A stretch of 800 nt of DNA from Escherichia coli. Its GTDB lineage: Bacteria > Pseudomonadota > Gammaproteobacteria > Enterobacterales > Enterobacteriaceae. Position numbers and translations under genes: made by a program. This document shows positions 1-800 of the stretch, piece by piece. The stretch lies in the NCBI RefSeq assembly GCF_003334765.1, contig NZ_QOWT01000097.1. The stretch is one strand, 5' to 3'. The first letter of the stretch is position 1. Each line of letters begins with the position of its first letter. The notes beneath the pieces are model-generated. The model worked only from the letters and a program-made list of their open reading frames with translations. It was not told the origin of the DNA and did not search any database.

Positions 1-711
1 AGTATCAATGATCTTATGTAAACTGGAACGATTGAACTTACTGGAATCGGTGACCACGATGATCCGTTCCGCAACTTCGCACATCCGACGGTTTAAACGA
101 GCTTCATCTTCATTATGTGTGCTGACGCCGCGCTCCAGATCGATCGCATCTACACCAAGAAACAGCATATCGAAGTGGTAATTTTGCAGCGATTGCTCAG
201 CCTGATCGCCGTAAAAAGATTGCGACTGACGGCGCAAATGCCCGCCGGTCATCAGCAGCTCAACGCCTTCCGCTTCCAGCAACGCATTAGCCACGTTCAT
301 ACCGTTGGTCATCGCAATTACGTCAGTGTGCTTGCGCATCAGACGAGCAATCTCAAAAGTGGTGGTCCCGGAATCGAGGAGCACCCGATGACCTGGCTGA
401 ATCAACTCAACGGCAGCTTTCGCAACGCTGCGTTTCATCGCGGTGTTCAGTGCGCTTTTGTCTTCCACTGATGGCTCGACTGACGGCGTCGTGCTATCGC
501 AGATCAACGCGCCACCATAGGCACGCACAGCGATCCTCTGCTTTTCCAGAAACGCCAGATCGTTGCGGATCGTCACAGTAGATACGCCATACAATGCCGA
601 CAGATCGTTAACCTGCACACTCCCTTGCTGTCGCAGACGCTGAATGATCTGTTCTCGTCGCTCGCTGGTGCCAGTCACTCGCTTCTCACCTGAAGCGTCG
701 GTATTACTCAT
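1..711 (-). CDS. agaR: DeoR-family transcriptional repressor AgaR of the N-acetylgalactosamine/galactosamine utilisation regulon; 5' end complete (ATG at 711..709), 3' end truncated by the window edge (237 codons visible)
   Basis: Manual translation of the reverse complement from ATG 711..709 gives an uninterrupted frame to position 1: [237 protein letters not shown]... It has an N-terminal DeoR-type helix-turn-helix and a C-terminal sugar-phosphate-binding-type region typical of DeoR/GlpR repressors. The N-terminal sequence matches my recollection of E. coli AgaR; no search was run. A good SD sits 6 nt upstream of the ATG. Confidence 0.9.
   Translation of the reverse strand, partial: MSNTDASGEKRVTGTSERREQIIQRLRQQGSVQVNDLSALYGVSTVTIRNDLAFLEKQRIAVRAYGGALICDSTTPSVEPSVEDKSALNTAMKRSVAKAAVELIQPGHRVLLDSGTTTFEIARLMRKHTDVIAMTNGMNVANALLEAEGVELLMTGGHLRRQSQSFYGDQAEQSLQNYHFDMLFLGVDAIDLERGVSTHNEDEARLNRRMCEVAERIIVVTDSSKFNRSSLHKIIDT
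538..666 (-). other. agaR: DeoR-type helix-turn-helix DNA-binding domain of AgaR (approx. residues 16-58); probable recognition helix around residues 43-52 ([10 protein letters not shown], 556..585)
   Basis: Residue pattern [43 protein letters not shown] is typical of DeoR-family N-terminal HTH domains (established family architecture); boundaries are approximate and inferred by eye, not by profile search. Confidence 0.65.
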
Positions 712-716
712 AGTAA

Positions 717-722
717 GTCCTT
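717..722 (-). promoter_or_regulatory. agaR: Shine-Dalgarno / ribosome-binding site for agaR (AAGGAC on the minus strand)
   Basis: Plus-strand gtcctt at 717..722 is AAGGAC on the coding strand; the AGGA core ends 6 nt upstream of the ATG at 711..709, a canonical spacing. Confidence 0.65.
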
Positions 723-750
723 TCGTAAAACTTTCGTTTCATTTCGTTTT
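721..750. repeat. Three direct TTTCGT(TT) repeats with about 10-11 bp phasing (starts at 721, 732, 742)
   Basis: Seen directly: tttcgt at 721..726, tttcgttt at 732..739, tttcgtttt at 742..750. The spacing of roughly one helical turn places the repeats on one face of the DNA, typical of multimeric repressor operators. Confidence 0.7.
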
Positions 751-751
751 G
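728..751. promoter_or_regulatory. Putative AgaR operator in the agaR leader/promoter region (autoregulatory site)
   Basis: Plus-strand aaactttcgtttcatttcgttttg (728..751) fits at all 24 positions the AgaR binding consensus as I recall it from the literature (WRMMTTTCRTTTYRTTTYNYTTKK). It lies 17-40 bp upstream of the agaR start codon. The consensus is recalled from memory and the match has not been computed against a curated matrix. Confidence 0.5.
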
Positions 752-752
752 C

Positions 753-783
753 CTATTAACGCCTTTCTATTAAGCAAATGCAA
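753..783 (-). promoter_or_regulatory. agaR: Candidate sigma70 promoter for agaR (-35 TTGCAT = plus 778..783; weak -10 candidates TAATAG/TTAATA = plus 753..759)
   Basis: Minus strand reads ...CTTGCATTTGCTTAATAGAAAGGCGTTAATAGGCAAAACGAAATG... TTGCAT is a 5/6 match to the -35 consensus. The -10 candidates 18-19 bp downstream are poor matches to TATAAT, so the assignment is tentative. If correct, the transcription start would fall inside the operator repeats. Confidence 0.25.
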
Positions 784-800
784 GCCCACCTTGCCCATTG

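Noticed and set aside
115-471. Plus-strand 118-aa ORF from the supplied six-frame track ([27 protein letters not shown]...)
   Set aside because: It lies entirely inside and antisense to the strongly supported agaR CDS. It has no recognisable RBS upstream of its ATG (gcttcatcttcattATG) and its translation is low-complexity with no recognisable domain. It is best explained as a shadow ORF of a real gene on the opposite strand.
535-537. Possible amino-acid difference from the reference AgaR (codon cct read on the minus strand as AGG = Arg in ...LEKQRIAV...)
   Set aside because: My memory of the reference sequence at this position is not reliable enough to call a variant. It needs an actual alignment against the reference AgaR protein before any claim can be made.
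703-742. 12-codon minus-strand mini-ORF (ATG at 742..740, [12 protein letters not shown], stop TAA at 705..703) overlapping the agaR start codon out of frame
   Set aside because: No Shine-Dalgarno precedes its ATG (CAAAACGAAATG), and the ATG is simply part of the TTTCGT/ACGAAA operator repeat. It is most likely a chance ORF in AT-rich leader sequence, not a leader peptide.
712-800. Possible CRP binding site or divergent kbaZ promoter elements in the upstream region
   Set aside because: No convincing TGTGA-N6-TCACA-like motif occurs in 712..800. The divergent gene and most of the intergenic region lie beyond the right edge of the window, so nothing can be supported from this sequence.
1-800. 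Novel or undescribed system (defence island, mobile element, CRISPR, toxin-antitoxin)
   Set aside because: No repeats, inverted terminal repeats, integrase or transposase fragments, or atypical composition are visible. The window is fully explained by a single recognisable housekeeping regulator gene and its promoter region.

Overview
The window is dominated by one gene on the minus strand: a DeoR-family transcriptional repressor whose start codon is at 711..709 and whose reading frame runs open to position 1, continuing past the left edge (237 codons visible, C-terminus missing). I recognise the translated N-terminus ([58 protein letters not shown]...) as AgaR, the repressor of the N-acetylgalactosamine/galactosamine (aga/kba) regulon of Escherichia coli and close relatives; this is from memory, not a database search. 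The remaining 89 bp (712..800) are the 5' upstream region of agaR, with a Shine-Dalgarno sequence and three helically phased TTTCGT repeats that fit the AgaR operator consensus as I recall it, suggesting autoregulation. The plus-strand ORF at 115..471 in the supplied track is an antisense artefact inside agaR. I see no sequence evidence for a novel or undescribed system here; this looks like an ordinary, well-characterised regulatory locus.
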